This document shows, one piece after another, positions 53,435 through 62,418 of a DNA stretch of 64,000 bases. Positions within the stretch are counted from its first letter, which is position 1. Each line of letters begins with the position of its first letter. Under the pieces are notes generated by a model that had not been told where the DNA came from, did not search any database, and saw only the letters and a program-made list of their open reading frames with translations. The position numbers were made by a program, and so were the translations under genes. Source of the DNA: a virus; the IMG/VR virus record IMGVR_UViG_3300037042_004723, positions 64,001 through 128,000 of that record. One strand, 5' to 3'.

Positions 53435-55471
53435 ATGGCGAAGAAAACCAAAGAAGACGACAAGCCCAAGGTCGCGGATGACCGCGATGAGCAGCTCAGC
53501 GCCTATTTCAAGCAGGCTGAGAAGAACTACGGCAAAGGGGCCGTCCAGTTCGCTATGGATCATGGCCACGAGAACATGCCCAGGATTACTACGGGGATCT
53601 TGCCGCTCGATGTGAGCCTTGGCGGTGGGCTGCCAGTTGGTCGGGTTTCGATGTTCTACGGGCCGAAGTCTTGCCTCGATGCTGGTACATTTATTCAGTA
53701 CGAGGTTCGCGCTAAGGATGGTCGCAGGCAGAATCATAAAGGAGGGACAATTGAGCGACTATTTGCTCGATTCAATGGAGCCCAGGTTGGTGGGAAGGGA
53801 AGCTATCAGCGCAAGGCCTCTGCTGATTCTGAATTCTATGCCAAGTCAGTTGATGAAGACGGACGCATCCTCACGAATAAAATCGAAGGGGTCGTTGATT
53901 CTGGTGACAAAGAATGCTTTGAGCTGGCGTTGACGACTGGCGAAAGCATCATTGCTACAGCAGATCATCGGTTCTTTACAGGATCTGGGTACGTCAGACT
54001 CGGTGACATATCAGTAGGTGACACTGTAACAGTCCAGAAAAGAACCAAGCCGTCATCGGATGCGGAACAGGCTGCATCTCGTCGTTATATGACTGTGAAG
54101 CACCATCCGTTTGCGGCCTCGTATGAGGTTACCCCGGTTAACGAACGGACCAAGACGGTTAGAACTTACAGCTACAAGAAGCTGGCCAAGTCCAGGGCCG
54201 TCGTTGAGGCTGAGATAAATCGTCTTCCGTTTGATCAGTACATTGACGCGCTGAACAATGGAAAGTTCGATGGGTTTGTTTTTCTTGCTCAATCTCAGCA
54301 CGTTCACCACATTGATGAGAACTTTCTTAACGATAGTCTATCCAATCTGATGGTCATCGATAGTTCTTCTCATGGCTTGCTTCATGCCAGGGAAAGTAAG
54401 CTAGGCCTTGGGTATGCTCACGAAGTCAAGGTGGCTTCCATTCGTAGCGTCGGGATCAGGCATACGTATGACATCCAGATGCGAGCGCCGTACAATAACT
54501 TTGTGGCAGATGGGTTTATTGTCCACAATTCGTCCAAGACGACGTGTTTCTTGCGGGCCGTGGGCAGGGCGCAGCGCATGTGTTCGTCGTGCTGGACTCC
54601 GGCATTCCCAATCTGGAAGGTCGATGTATCCGGGTTGAAGCCGAACTGCGAGTGCGGGGACTACCGCAAGGTCAACGTTGCCTGGCTTGATGTTGAGGGC
54701 GTCTGGGATAGCACGTGGTCCCGGAAATTTCTGGACGTGAATCGACTGGTATTTTCGTCTCCTGAGACTGGTGAGCAGGCGTGCGATGTGGCCGATTCCC
54801 TGCTTCGGTCAGGGGCCGTCGATATCATCGTGATCGACTCCGTTGCGTTTATGACGCCCGTCGCCGAGATCGAGCGCTCTTCCTCGGAACCGACCATGGG
54901 CACCCAGGCGAGGCTTCTCGGCAACATGTTCCGTAAGCTGGTCTCCGGCACCAACGCCGTGTCTCAGCGCGACGGCAGGCGTCCGACGGTCTGGTTCACG
55001 AACCAGATCCGCATGAAGATCGGCGTGATGTTTGGCAACCCGGAAACCGTTCCAGGAGGAATGGCCCAGGGCTTTGCGACCTCTACTGAGACTCGGATGT
55101 CGCCGAGCAAGTATCAGGAAGACAAAGAGACCAAAATCATCACGAGCGTGGACATGAAGTTCCGCAACGAGAAGAACAAGACTGGCGTTGCGAAGATGGA
55201 AGGCGAGTACAGGCTTGTCCTCCACGACACCGAGGTAAAGAAAGTCGGCGACGTAATCGACGAGGACTACGCCATGAAAATGGGCCAGCAAACTGGCCTG
55301 ATTCAGCTTGGGCGCGGTCGGGCGTCAACCATCTGGGAAGGTCAGGAGTTCGACGGTCGATCTCTTCTGGAGCGCCACTGGATGATCAACCGAGACGAGT
55401 ATGAGGCGTTTAAGCTCAAGCTGATGAATCACATCAGGACCATCAGCATCGAGCATGAGGCGACCCTTTGA
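53435..55471 (+). CDS. recA: RecA recombinase with intein
   Basis: TGILPLDVSLGGGLPVGR; DVEG; IIVIDSVA; QARL; FTNQIRMKIGVMFGNPETVPGG. Confidence 0.92.
   Translation: MAKKTKEDDKPKVADDRDEQLSAYFKQAEKNYGKGAVQFAMDHGHENMPRITTGILPLDVSLGGGLPVGRVSMFYGPKSCLDAGTFIQYEVRAKDGRRQNHKGGTIERLFARFNGAQVGGKGSYQRKASADSEFYAKSVDEDGRILTNKIEGVVDSGDKECFELALTTGESIIATADHRFFTGSGYVRLGDISVGDTVTVQKRTKPSSDAEQAASRRYMTVKHHPFAASYEVTPVNERTKTVRTYSYKKLAKSRAVVEAEINRLPFDQYIDALNNGKFDGFVFLAQSQHVHHIDENFLNDSLSNLMVIDSSSHGLLHARESKLGLGYAHEVKVASIRSVGIRHTYDIQMRAPYNNFVADGFIVHNSSKTTCFLRAVGRAQRMCSSCWTPAFPIWKVDVSGLKPNCECGDYRKVNVAWLDVEGVWDSTWSRKFLDVNRLVFSSPETGEQACDVADSLLRSGAVDIIVIDSVAFMTPVAEIERSSSEPTMGTQARLLGNMFRKLVSGTNAVSQRDGRRPTVWFTNQIRMKIGVMFGNPETVPGGMAQGFATSTETRMSPSKYQEDKETKIITSVDMKFRNEKNKTGVAKMEGEYRLVLHDTEVKKVGDVIDEDYAMKMGQQTGLIQLGRGRASTIWEGQEFDGRSLLERHWMINRDEYEAFKLKLMNHIRTISIEHEATL
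53672..54529 (+). mobile_element. intein with HNH endonuclease in the RecA P-loop, 286 aa
   Basis: starts CLDAGT; TADHRF; HVHHIDENFLNDSLSNL...H; ends FIVHN followed by S. Confidence 0.9.
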
Positions 55472-55851
55472 GCGAAGACAGGCCCAAGATGCCGTCGTAT
55501 TTCACTGGCCGCGAGCAGAAGAAGCAGCGGGCGAAATCGATGGCTCAAGAGAATCGGGTCGCCAAGAGCGTTGGCGGCAAGCGTCAAAAGGCGTCCGGTG
55601 CTCTGCCTGGTGTGCGCGGTGACGTGAAGTCGGTTGAGCTTCTCGGCGAGTGCAAGAGGACGGACAAGAAGTCGATATCGATTACGCTGGATTACTTGGA
55701 GAAAATCACCAAGGAGGCCAGCTTCTATAACAAGATTCCATGCGTGGCGATTGAAATCCAGTCGCCCCCGAAGTTCGTCAACAGGGACTGGGTTCTCCTG
55801 CCTGCCGGGTTCGTGCAGGAACTCTTGGAGGTTTATCGTGGAAGGAACTAG
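55468..55851 (+). CDS. PD-(D/E)XK Holliday junction resolvase-like (Hjc-type)
   Basis: E NRVAK...SGA...RGDV...ECKRT pattern. Confidence 0.7.
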   Translation: MSEDRPKMPSYFTGREQKKQRAKSMAQENRVAKSVGGKRQKASGALPGVRGDVKSVELLGECKRTDKKSISITLDYLEKITKEASFYNKIPCVAIEIQSPPKFVNRDWVLLPAGFVQELLEVYRGRN

Positions 55852-56293
55852 CGCAGATCAGCAGGAGTTCGCTCCGCATCCTCCACTCCCGGTGTCGGAT
55901 GCCGAGATTCGCTTTATCGATTCTGCCATTTCTCAGATGGCCAAGCTTGGCAAGCGCAGGGGCGTGACCTGTATCAGTCTAAGCGAGGTCGGAGTCGACG
56001 ACGCCCTGTGCAAGAGGACGGATGAGTTGATCTCAGAGACCCTCACTTCCATGAGGAAGGACGTTTCGGATGATGCGGCTGAGAAGCTTTTTGAGCGGCT
56101 CGCTAGGGTCGTCGATGGGTGGGTCGGTCTGGACGAGCAGATGACGCTGGGCGTCGTATTCATCAGGTTCATGGATACGATGAGGTATTTTATCGCTTAC
56201 AAGCAGAAGTTCAGGGGAGTGGCCAGAGATTCTTCCATTTCCAAGAGCGATGCACTAATCGAGTTGAAGATTCGTGGACTCACCAAGAGGTAA
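55838..56293 (+). CDS. hypothetical protein
   Basis: GTG start after GGAGG. Confidence 0.55.
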   Translation: MEGTSADQQEFAPHPPLPVSDAEIRFIDSAISQMAKLGKRRGVTCISLSEVGVDDALCKRTDELISETLTSMRKDVSDDAAEKLFERLARVVDGWVGLDEQMTLGVVFIRFMDTMRYFIAYKQKFRGVARDSSISKSDALIELKIRGLTKR

Positions 56294-56295
56294 TT

Positions 56296-56556
56296 ATGAA
56301 GAGCAGAATTCAGATGGCGGGCGTGGCCCACGGATCGCAGGAGAAGGTTCTCTGGAAGGGCGATCTTCCGGTCGTCTCTGGAATTCCCGGAATGCGAGTC
56401 GTTCTCCACGATCCTGGCAAGGATAGCGCGGAGGCGTTTTCGTTCAAGCAGATGTGCCTTGAGATCAACGTCAACACCAACGAGTCCGAGCAGGTCATCT
56501 ACGTGTCTAACGTCGATCGATCTGCCTATTCCAAGCCAGCTGAGCTTGTTGAATAG
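56296..56556 (+). CDS. hypothetical protein
   Basis: ATG after GAGG. Confidence 0.55.
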   Translation: MKSRIQMAGVAHGSQEKVLWKGDLPVVSGIPGMRVVLHDPGKDSAEAFSFKQMCLEINVNTNESEQVIYVSNVDRSAYSKPAELVE

Positions 56557-56561
56557 TCCAT

Positions 56562-56855
56562 GTGTTTGGATGGCTTCGCGAAAGAAAGATGAGCAGGCGC
56601 AGAACCTCCATTGAGGAGGCTCTGCTTGAGCAGGCTTGCGTGTCGCTGCGTGGCGGTAGTAGGTTTCAATTTCGCGTAGATGAGATCGGCGGAGAAGATC
56701 AGATCCGCCGGTTCATCGTAAAGTTGTCCATGATGTTCGGTAGTAATGTTCGGGCGAATTGTGGACATGGCCTGATCACCATCTATGATGACGGGAGCCC
56801 TGACGGCACTACAGTCGTTGTGGCAATGATTAAGCATGGACCCACTTCTCAATAG
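56562..56855 (+). CDS. hypothetical protein
   Basis: ORF track. Confidence 0.5.
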   Translation: MFGWLRERKMSRRRTSIEEALLEQACVSLRGGSRFQFRVDEIGGEDQIRRFIVKLSMMFGSNVRANCGHGLITIYDDGSPDGTTVVVAMIKHGPTSQ

Positions 56856-57627
56856 GTCGGCAGGTAGGGAGATGATCGCTCCTGCCATTGCAAAAACGAT
56901 CTCCGTGGCCAGCGGCAGGTTTATTGGGCTGTTCTGTGGAGCAGCTGATGTTTTCTTCATGGCCGAGCCTGATAGCGGAGTCCTGGTTGACTCCAGGAAG
57001 CCCATCATTGCTTTCTATGAGGCAATCCAGAGAGAACCAGATGCGGTTCACGACGAGTTGCAGCGCTTGTTGAAGCTTTCGTTTAGCGAGAGGACGTTTA
57101 ATCAGATTCGCTCCAAGTGGAATGGCAAGGACTTCGGTGTGCTGTTTGCCGCCAAGCTGCTGTATCTAAATAGGATCTGCGTCCCAGGCACGTTTTCCGT
57201 GGACCAGGGCCAGCGCTTCTCTGCCCTCTGGGGAGGCATGTCATCGCCACCTGGTGTCCCAAGCCTTGACGACATTCGCTTGGCGTCTGCTGCTTTGAAG
57301 CGGATGCGGCTGTACACGAAAGATTACGCATACGTCCTGCGTGCCGCCAGGAAGGGCGATGTTATCTATGTCGACGCCCCCGACTGGGGTGTCGACATCT
57401 CCTATGGTGGCGCCATGTTCACCGAGACCGATCATGTCAGGCTGTCGCGCCTCCTTCGTAAGGCGTCAGAACGCGGTGTTAGTGTTTTGGTATCAAACGT
57501 CGACTGCGATGCGGTGCAGCTTCTCTACGGCGGATGGGCGGACACGGAAGTATTCGACGGTGGCAGGCTTTTGATTTCTGCGATTGGGTCCGCGATTGAC
57601 CGTAGGCAGATGAGCCTATTCGGATAA
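56836..57627 (+). CDS. Dam-like DNA adenine methyltransferase homolog with degenerate catalytic motifs
   Basis: FCGAADVFF; AAKLLYLNRIC; VIYVDAPD in place of DPPY; FTETDHVRL. Confidence 0.75.
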   Translation: MDPLLNRSAGREMIAPAIAKTISVASGRFIGLFCGAADVFFMAEPDSGVLVDSRKPIIAFYEAIQREPDAVHDELQRLLKLSFSERTFNQIRSKWNGKDFGVLFAAKLLYLNRICVPGTFSVDQGQRFSALWGGMSSPPGVPSLDDIRLASAALKRMRLYTKDYAYVLRAARKGDVIYVDAPDWGVDISYGGAMFTETDHVRLSRLLRKASERGVSVLVSNVDCDAVQLLYGGWADTEVFDGGRLLISAIGSAIDRRQMSLFG

Positions 57628-57630
57628 AAA

Positions 57631-57975
57631 ATGTCCTACTTAGCCTCCAACAGAAACAAGCTCACGGTGCCTGCTGATGGCGTCGTTGATATCCGCATAG
57701 AGCTGGTCGCAGACGCCATGCCTCGTGTCAGGGTTTGGTTGCAGTGCATCCCCTGTGGCGATGAACTCCAGGAAAATCCTGAGAGGCATCTGTTCGAGTG
57801 CCCGGAGTGCGGGTACGAAATGACGTTCCATGAGGCCGAGATGCTGGCAGGGCGTCATGTAGAGGCGATTCGTGGGCGATTCGCTATCCCGGCCCAAACG
57901 CCCAAGAGAGGTTTGATATGGCGCTTTCTAGGCTTATTCGTAAGCAAAAAAAGACTGTCAGCGCCAAGGAGCTGA
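57631..57975 (+). CDS. zinc-ribbon protein
   Basis: CIPCG...FECPECG. Confidence 0.6.
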   Translation: MSYLASNRNKLTVPADGVVDIRIELVADAMPRVRVWLQCIPCGDELQENPERHLFECPECGYEMTFHEAEMLAGRHVEAIRGRFAIPAQTPKRGLIWRFLGLFVSKKRLSAPRS

Positions 57976-58820
57976 TCGAGCAGGCGATGCGTCAGGATAT
58001 CGGGGAGACGGCCCCGATGCGTCCTGATGACTGGATTCGCATTTCTTCGATCGGTGGACTGTGCCCACGCGAAGAGGTCCTTAGGTTTCGCTTGGACGTG
58101 CCTAGAACCAAAGGGATCGATCCGAATCTTGGCTTGGTGTTTGAGTTCGGGCACTCGATCCACTGGATCATGCAGAACAAGGTGATGGCAGCCACTGGCA
58201 AGATCGTTGGATCTTGGCGGTGTACTTGGTGCGGCGAGGTGTACGGTTCATTCAAGGAGGGTCTGCAGCCTCGCCCTGATAGCTGCGTTCGCTGTGGTGG
58301 TCTGGCCGGAGAATCTCAACGGGTTAACAATAAGCCAATCCTCTCTGCCAGGTCTGAGTCGTTCGTGTTTGCCGAGGAGTGGCTTGGCAACGCCGAGTAC
58401 ATGGTTGGCGGTAGTCCGGATGGGTATCTGGTTGACGGAGACCCGCTGAATTTTACGATCAATGACTTGGTGGTGCTTGAATTCAAGAGTGCGTCTGACT
58501 CGAACTTTGTAAAATACGAGAAGGCGCCCGACTTCATGCATGTCATCCAGTGTCAATGTTACATGTGGCTTACCGGGTTCAAGAGAGCCAAGATTCTGTA
58601 CGTCAATAAGGGTAAGTTCGGAATGGACGGCATTGCCGAGCATGACATCTTGTATGATCAGGAGACCGTGTCGATGGTCCAGAAGGCTATCAAGGAGATC
58701 AGGGCTGGACTGGTTGGCGGGCCTGTCCCGCAGAGAGTCGCCTGTGATTCGTCGGGCTGCCCCAGGGCGAACGCCTGCGACGTGTCCAAGCAGTGTTTTT
58801 CTGGAGGATTCGACAAATGA
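57918..58820 (+). CDS. Cas4-like PD-(D/E)XK exonuclease
   Basis: LCPRE; GSPDG; LEFKS; HVIQCQCYM; C-terminal three-Cys cluster. Confidence 0.8.
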   Translation: MALSRLIRKQKKTVSAKELIEQAMRQDIGETAPMRPDDWIRISSIGGLCPREEVLRFRLDVPRTKGIDPNLGLVFEFGHSIHWIMQNKVMAATGKIVGSWRCTWCGEVYGSFKEGLQPRPDSCVRCGGLAGESQRVNNKPILSARSESFVFAEEWLGNAEYMVGGSPDGYLVDGDPLNFTINDLVVLEFKSASDSNFVKYEKAPDFMHVIQCQCYMWLTGFKRAKILYVNKGKFGMDGIAEHDILYDQETVSMVQKAIKEIRAGLVGGPVPQRVACDSSGCPRANACDVSKQCFSGGFDK

Positions 58821-59179
58821 ATAGGCCTCTTATTATCGATACGGAATGGATTCGTCCATTCGACGCGGGTGCGTCGCCCATGCCGTGCATGACGTGCTCC
58901 ACGGATTCTAGGTGGATCGTTGGCAAGCCTCCCAACGGCTATTTTTCGTGTGCGCGGTGCTTCCTTTACTCAAGCCCTTGGGGCAAGGAGAACAAGGCGA
59001 GGATCGGCGAGCTGGTCGTGGAGGTGGAGGGCGTTCTAAATAAGAAGATTTCAGACGATGGGATCGTCTGGTCAACAGAGGCTGACAGGATTCTATCGTC
59101 GATAGTTTCGATCTCTGGAATAGCCAGGGCTCGTGCGCAGAGAAGGCTCAGAGATGAAGGTTCTGGGTCTAGATCTTAG
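58817..59179 (+). CDS. zinc-binding hypothetical protein
   Basis: CMTC...CARC. Confidence 0.55.
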   Translation: MNRPLIIDTEWIRPFDAGASPMPCMTCSTDSRWIVGKPPNGYFSCARCFLYSSPWGKENKARIGELVVEVEGVLNKKISDDGIVWSTEADRILSSIVSISGIARARAQRRLRDEGSGSRS

Positions 59180-59780
59180 CCTCAAGGGGACTGGCATCTG
59201 TGTGCTGGATGGCGATCCGGGTGATCAGACGCCGGCCATTCGCACGGAACTCGTTCCCCAGCCAGAGGCGAAGACAGTGGAGGCCAGGGTTCTCAGGCTT
59301 GTGGCAATCACTGAGCGCATTGTTCAGTTGATCAACGGCGAGCGTCCAGATCACATCATTATCGAGGCGGCTGCCAAGAACCAAGTATGGCAGGCGGCTG
59401 CCATTGGTGAGATTCATGGCGTTGTCAAGGTTCAGATCTACCTAGCGAGCGGCATGTTCCCGATGGTCAAGGAGGCCACGGAGATGCGTAAGGTCGTGGT
59501 TGGGAAGATCGAGAGGGTGATGGTCGCCACGACCGACGCCAAGGGCAAGGTGACCAAGCGAGCGTCATACGGTGACATCCCAAGCGCCAGGAAGGGGAAG
59601 GTGAAGAGGGCGACGGTGAAGGATGTGATCGAGGGTCGCCTGGCGGCGCAGGGATTGACGTTCCCGACACAGGATGAAATGGACGCCTATGTCGCGGCTA
59701 AGTACTGTTGGGGTAAGGTGACGGCTCCCCCAACAGGCACTCCCGATGACTCCAAAAAGGCGAAGACCAGGCGGACATAA
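59154..59780 (+). CDS. RuvC-like Holliday junction resolvase
   Basis: MKVLGLDLSLKGTG; IIIE; DEMDA. Confidence 0.8.
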   Translation: MKVLGLDLSLKGTGICVLDGDPGDQTPAIRTELVPQPEAKTVEARVLRLVAITERIVQLINGERPDHIIIEAAAKNQVWQAAAIGEIHGVVKVQIYLASGMFPMVKEATEMRKVVVGKIERVMVATTDAKGKVTKRASYGDIPSARKGKVKRATVKDVIEGRLAAQGLTFPTQDEMDAYVAAKYCWGKVTAPPTGTPDDSKKAKTRRT

Positions 59781-59802
59781 CCAGGTGTTGATCAGCGGCC
59801 AT

Positions 59803-60102
59803 ATGGAAGGCCGCGTTCTTGCTGGAACTACTGGAGATGGCGGGGAAGCATGCTCCTTCCTTGTTGCATCCAGCGATGGCGGGCAGAAGATCACGATGGT
59901 CAGGGTGAACGCATACGGATCCGTTGCAGCTCAGTGCATGCAGGAGAGTGGCGTTGGAACATACTGCGTAATCACAGGGGAATTGATGAATCGCCCTGGA
60001 AAGTATGGGAAGCTCACGGAGATTAGGGTGAAGAAAGTGGAATTTTTTCACGATATTGACAATGACGAACAAGGAGCATTAGATGCCGGACAAGAAGACT
60101 GA
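59803..60102 (+). CDS. short OB-fold SSB-like protein
   Basis: VRVNAYG..A..C.....G.YCVITGEL; acidic tail. Confidence 0.6.
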   Translation: MEGRVLAGTTGDGGEACSFLVASSDGGQKITMVRVNAYGSVAAQCMQESGVGTYCVITGELMNRPGKYGKLTEIRVKKVEFFHDIDNDEQGALDAGQED

Positions 60103-60229
60103 AAAGAAGACCGAGAGATCGGGGTGCGGGTCTTGTGGTGATAGCCGCGTGCTCCTTTCTGAGGAGCGAGACTCTCCCCCAAAGTGCGCCGGCTGTGGTA
60201 AGGCTGTCAACCGGCCTAAGACGAACTAA
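60083..60229 (+). CDS. small zinc-ribbon protein (not in ORF track)
   Basis: manual translation MPDKK...GCGSCG...KCAGCG; AGGAG upstream. Confidence 0.45.
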   Translation: MPDKKTEKKTERSGCGSCGDSRVLLSEERDSPPKCAGCGKAVNRPKTN

Positions 60230-60247
60230 TTCGCAGGGAGAATTCAA

Positions 60248-61213
60248 ATGGGAACGACGCTTCGCATAGTTGGCAATGGCGAGAAGAAGATTGTTGGGTC
60301 GAGCACCCAGAAGGTGTCCGAGGAAGATCTTCTGAAAGCAGAGAATCAACTGCGGAGCGAGGCCAAGACGCTTGTTCGGGAGATCTCTCATAAGTACTGG
60401 GATCTTGGCAGGGTTCTCTATGATGTGTACGACGGCGTTCCTGGTGGGTATCGCGGCCTCATGGTTGGTGATGGTTCGATTAGGGATCGGACGGCGTTGT
60501 TCACGAAGTGGGGATATAAGAATTTTGGTGAGTACTGCGAGCAGGAGGTTGGTCTTCAGAAGAGGACCGGTGAAAACCTCCGGTTTGCCTACTACTGGTT
60601 CACGATCCAGCAGCCGATGCCTGAGTCGGTCATTGACGAGTTGATGGCAATTGGTCGGTCGAAGGTCTATTTGCTGTCAGGTATCGCCACCCGAGACAGC
60701 ATTGGGATCTGGATGGAGAAGGCCAAGGAGCTGACCTTCGAGGAGCTAAAGAAGGCGATCAAGACGTCCAAGGCTGTTTCCGCTGGGAGGAACGTTGATA
60801 ACGAAGAGAGGGAGATGCCGGACGAGGCTCCTTCTGCCTTCATTCCTACTGCCGATGCCGGTGGCGGCAGTGGCGGATCCAAGCAGCTGCAGAAGCCAGA
60901 GGCTCTTCATACGAGGCAGGTTGGCCTATATGACGCCCAGCTTGAGACCTGGGACACGGCCCTCAGCAGGGCTCAGGGTTTGACTGGGTCTGAAAAGATT
61001 GGCCACAACATGGAGCTGATCTGCCAGGACTTCTTGGCCAACAATGATTTCTCGAAGGCCAAGGACAAGGATAAGAGCGGCTACATCTCTAAGATGGAGC
61101 GTCGTCTTGGGGTTCTGATCATTGCAATCGATCCCAACAGCGGCAAGCCGGTCCATGGGCGCGACCTCCTTTGGCGGATGATCAGCGAGTCTAAGGAGCA
61201 GACGGAGTCGTAG
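60248..61213 (+). CDS. hypothetical protein
   Basis: 321-aa ORF; helical LGRVL...F.EYCE.E.GL..RT region. Confidence 0.7.
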   Translation: MGTTLRIVGNGEKKIVGSSTQKVSEEDLLKAENQLRSEAKTLVREISHKYWDLGRVLYDVYDGVPGGYRGLMVGDGSIRDRTALFTKWGYKNFGEYCEQEVGLQKRTGENLRFAYYWFTIQQPMPESVIDELMAIGRSKVYLLSGIATRDSIGIWMEKAKELTFEELKKAIKTSKAVSAGRNVDNEEREMPDEAPSAFIPTADAGGGSGGSKQLQKPEALHTRQVGLYDAQLETWDTALSRAQGLTGSEKIGHNMELICQDFLANNDFSKAKDKDKSGYISKMERRLGVLIIAIDPNSGKPVHGRDLLWRMISESKEQTES

Positions 61214-61687
61214 ATGGGTTTCGGCAAGAAGAAGCGACAGATCCGAGAGGCGCTTGCGAAGTGGGATTGCTTTGGTCACCTTGGCTATGGTCAGGGACGA
61301 GCGGTGGCTCAGTTCGGCGAGCGTGATCTGCATGGCAGGTCTGCGTGCTTGGACGTCTGTACCCGCGCAAGCGCTTGCAGGGCTTTGCATCGTGACAGGA
61401 TGAATGAGCGGTATCCCCAGCTTGGGCAGCTCGTTGAATCGACATCCAGGCTGGCTCAGGCACGTGGCCTTGATGTCGTTACTGAAGTGGTGTCGGCGAT
61501 GGGGCACGCCGCCGAGCTTGGTCTTGATGAGGCTGTCGATGTCAGGAGAATCCTTGGCCTATTCAAGGTCGACGAGATGACAGACCATTACCGCTGCGGT
61601 CAATTTGAAAACATCCAGGATGGCCTCAGTAAGGCGCTGCCAGGTTCGCGTGTCGCTCTCGATGAGGCCAAGAAGAAGGCTTCCTAG
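61214..61687 (+). CDS. hypothetical protein with Cys/His cluster
   Basis: ORF track. Confidence 0.6.
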   Translation: MGFGKKKRQIREALAKWDCFGHLGYGQGRAVAQFGERDLHGRSACLDVCTRASACRALHRDRMNERYPQLGQLVESTSRLAQARGLDVVTEVVSAMGHAAELGLDEAVDVRRILGLFKVDEMTDHYRCGQFENIQDGLSKALPGSRVALDEAKKKAS

Positions 61688-61703
61688 TTCGTAGTCAACA
61701 CTG

Positions 61704-62303
61704 ATGGAGATGATGATGTCGTCGTTGCTAGGCCCAGATGGATTTCCGGTAGGTCAGGTTGGCAGGAGCCAACGCCCAGATCGCCCTGATGGCGAGAAGA
61801 AGGGAATTGACCCAATTGCGATGGAACGTCTCTATGAGATGGTCCAGCAGAGCATGAAGTCCCAAGATGGCCATGCAGTCATCGAGAAGCGCGTGTCGGT
61901 ACATGCTCGAAAGATTGAGCAGGCGCTGCTGTTTTGGAAGCCAATCTATTTCGGTCACTCCAGAGAGGGCCGGCTGCTCAACGGTATTGAGGCGTTTGAG
62001 CTGGGCGACGAGAATCGGACTCCTGACTCTTGCTGGGACAAGGCACCCTACATCGCCATGTGCAACCTTATGGCGCTGGAGGCTATCAAGATGATGGGCA
62101 ACCAGATGCCCACGTCGGAGAAGGGGATCCTCCTCGCTTACGCCTCGGACCGGGAGAAGGGAATCGCCGACTTCTGGAAGAGGATGTTCGCTCCCACAGA
62201 GTTCCAGGCGGAGTGGGCCTGGAAGGCGGTCCTGGCGGTCCTCGCCGGCAACCCTGCTGCATCAGCCGAACTTCTGGATAACTACAGACAGCAGCTGCCG
62301 TAA
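61704..62303 (+). CDS. hypothetical protein
   Basis: ORF track. Confidence 0.6.
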   Translation: MEMMMSSLLGPDGFPVGQVGRSQRPDRPDGEKKGIDPIAMERLYEMVQQSMKSQDGHAVIEKRVSVHARKIEQALLFWKPIYFGHSREGRLLNGIEAFELGDENRTPDSCWDKAPYIAMCNLMALEAIKMMGNQMPTSEKGILLAYASDREKGIADFWKRMFAPTEFQAEWAWKAVLAVLAGNPAASAELLDNYRQQLP

Positions 62304-62328
62304 TCTGAATTAACCAGCAATATCAGTT

Positions 62329-62360
62329 AACAAGCCCGCGCTCATGCGGGCTTTGTTTTG
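62329..62360 (+). terminator. intrinsic terminator
   Basis: AAGCCCGC...GCGGGCTT followed by TGTTTTG. Confidence 0.75.
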
Positions 62361-62418
62361 TCCAGATCTTTGCGTAAAAATTTGCGCGTTTGATCTGTTG
62401 GCAATAGTATCCGACGGT

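Noticed and set aside
57918-58820. CRISPR-Cas locus
   Set aside because: There is only a solo Cas4-like gene; no repeat-spacer array or other cas genes are in the window.
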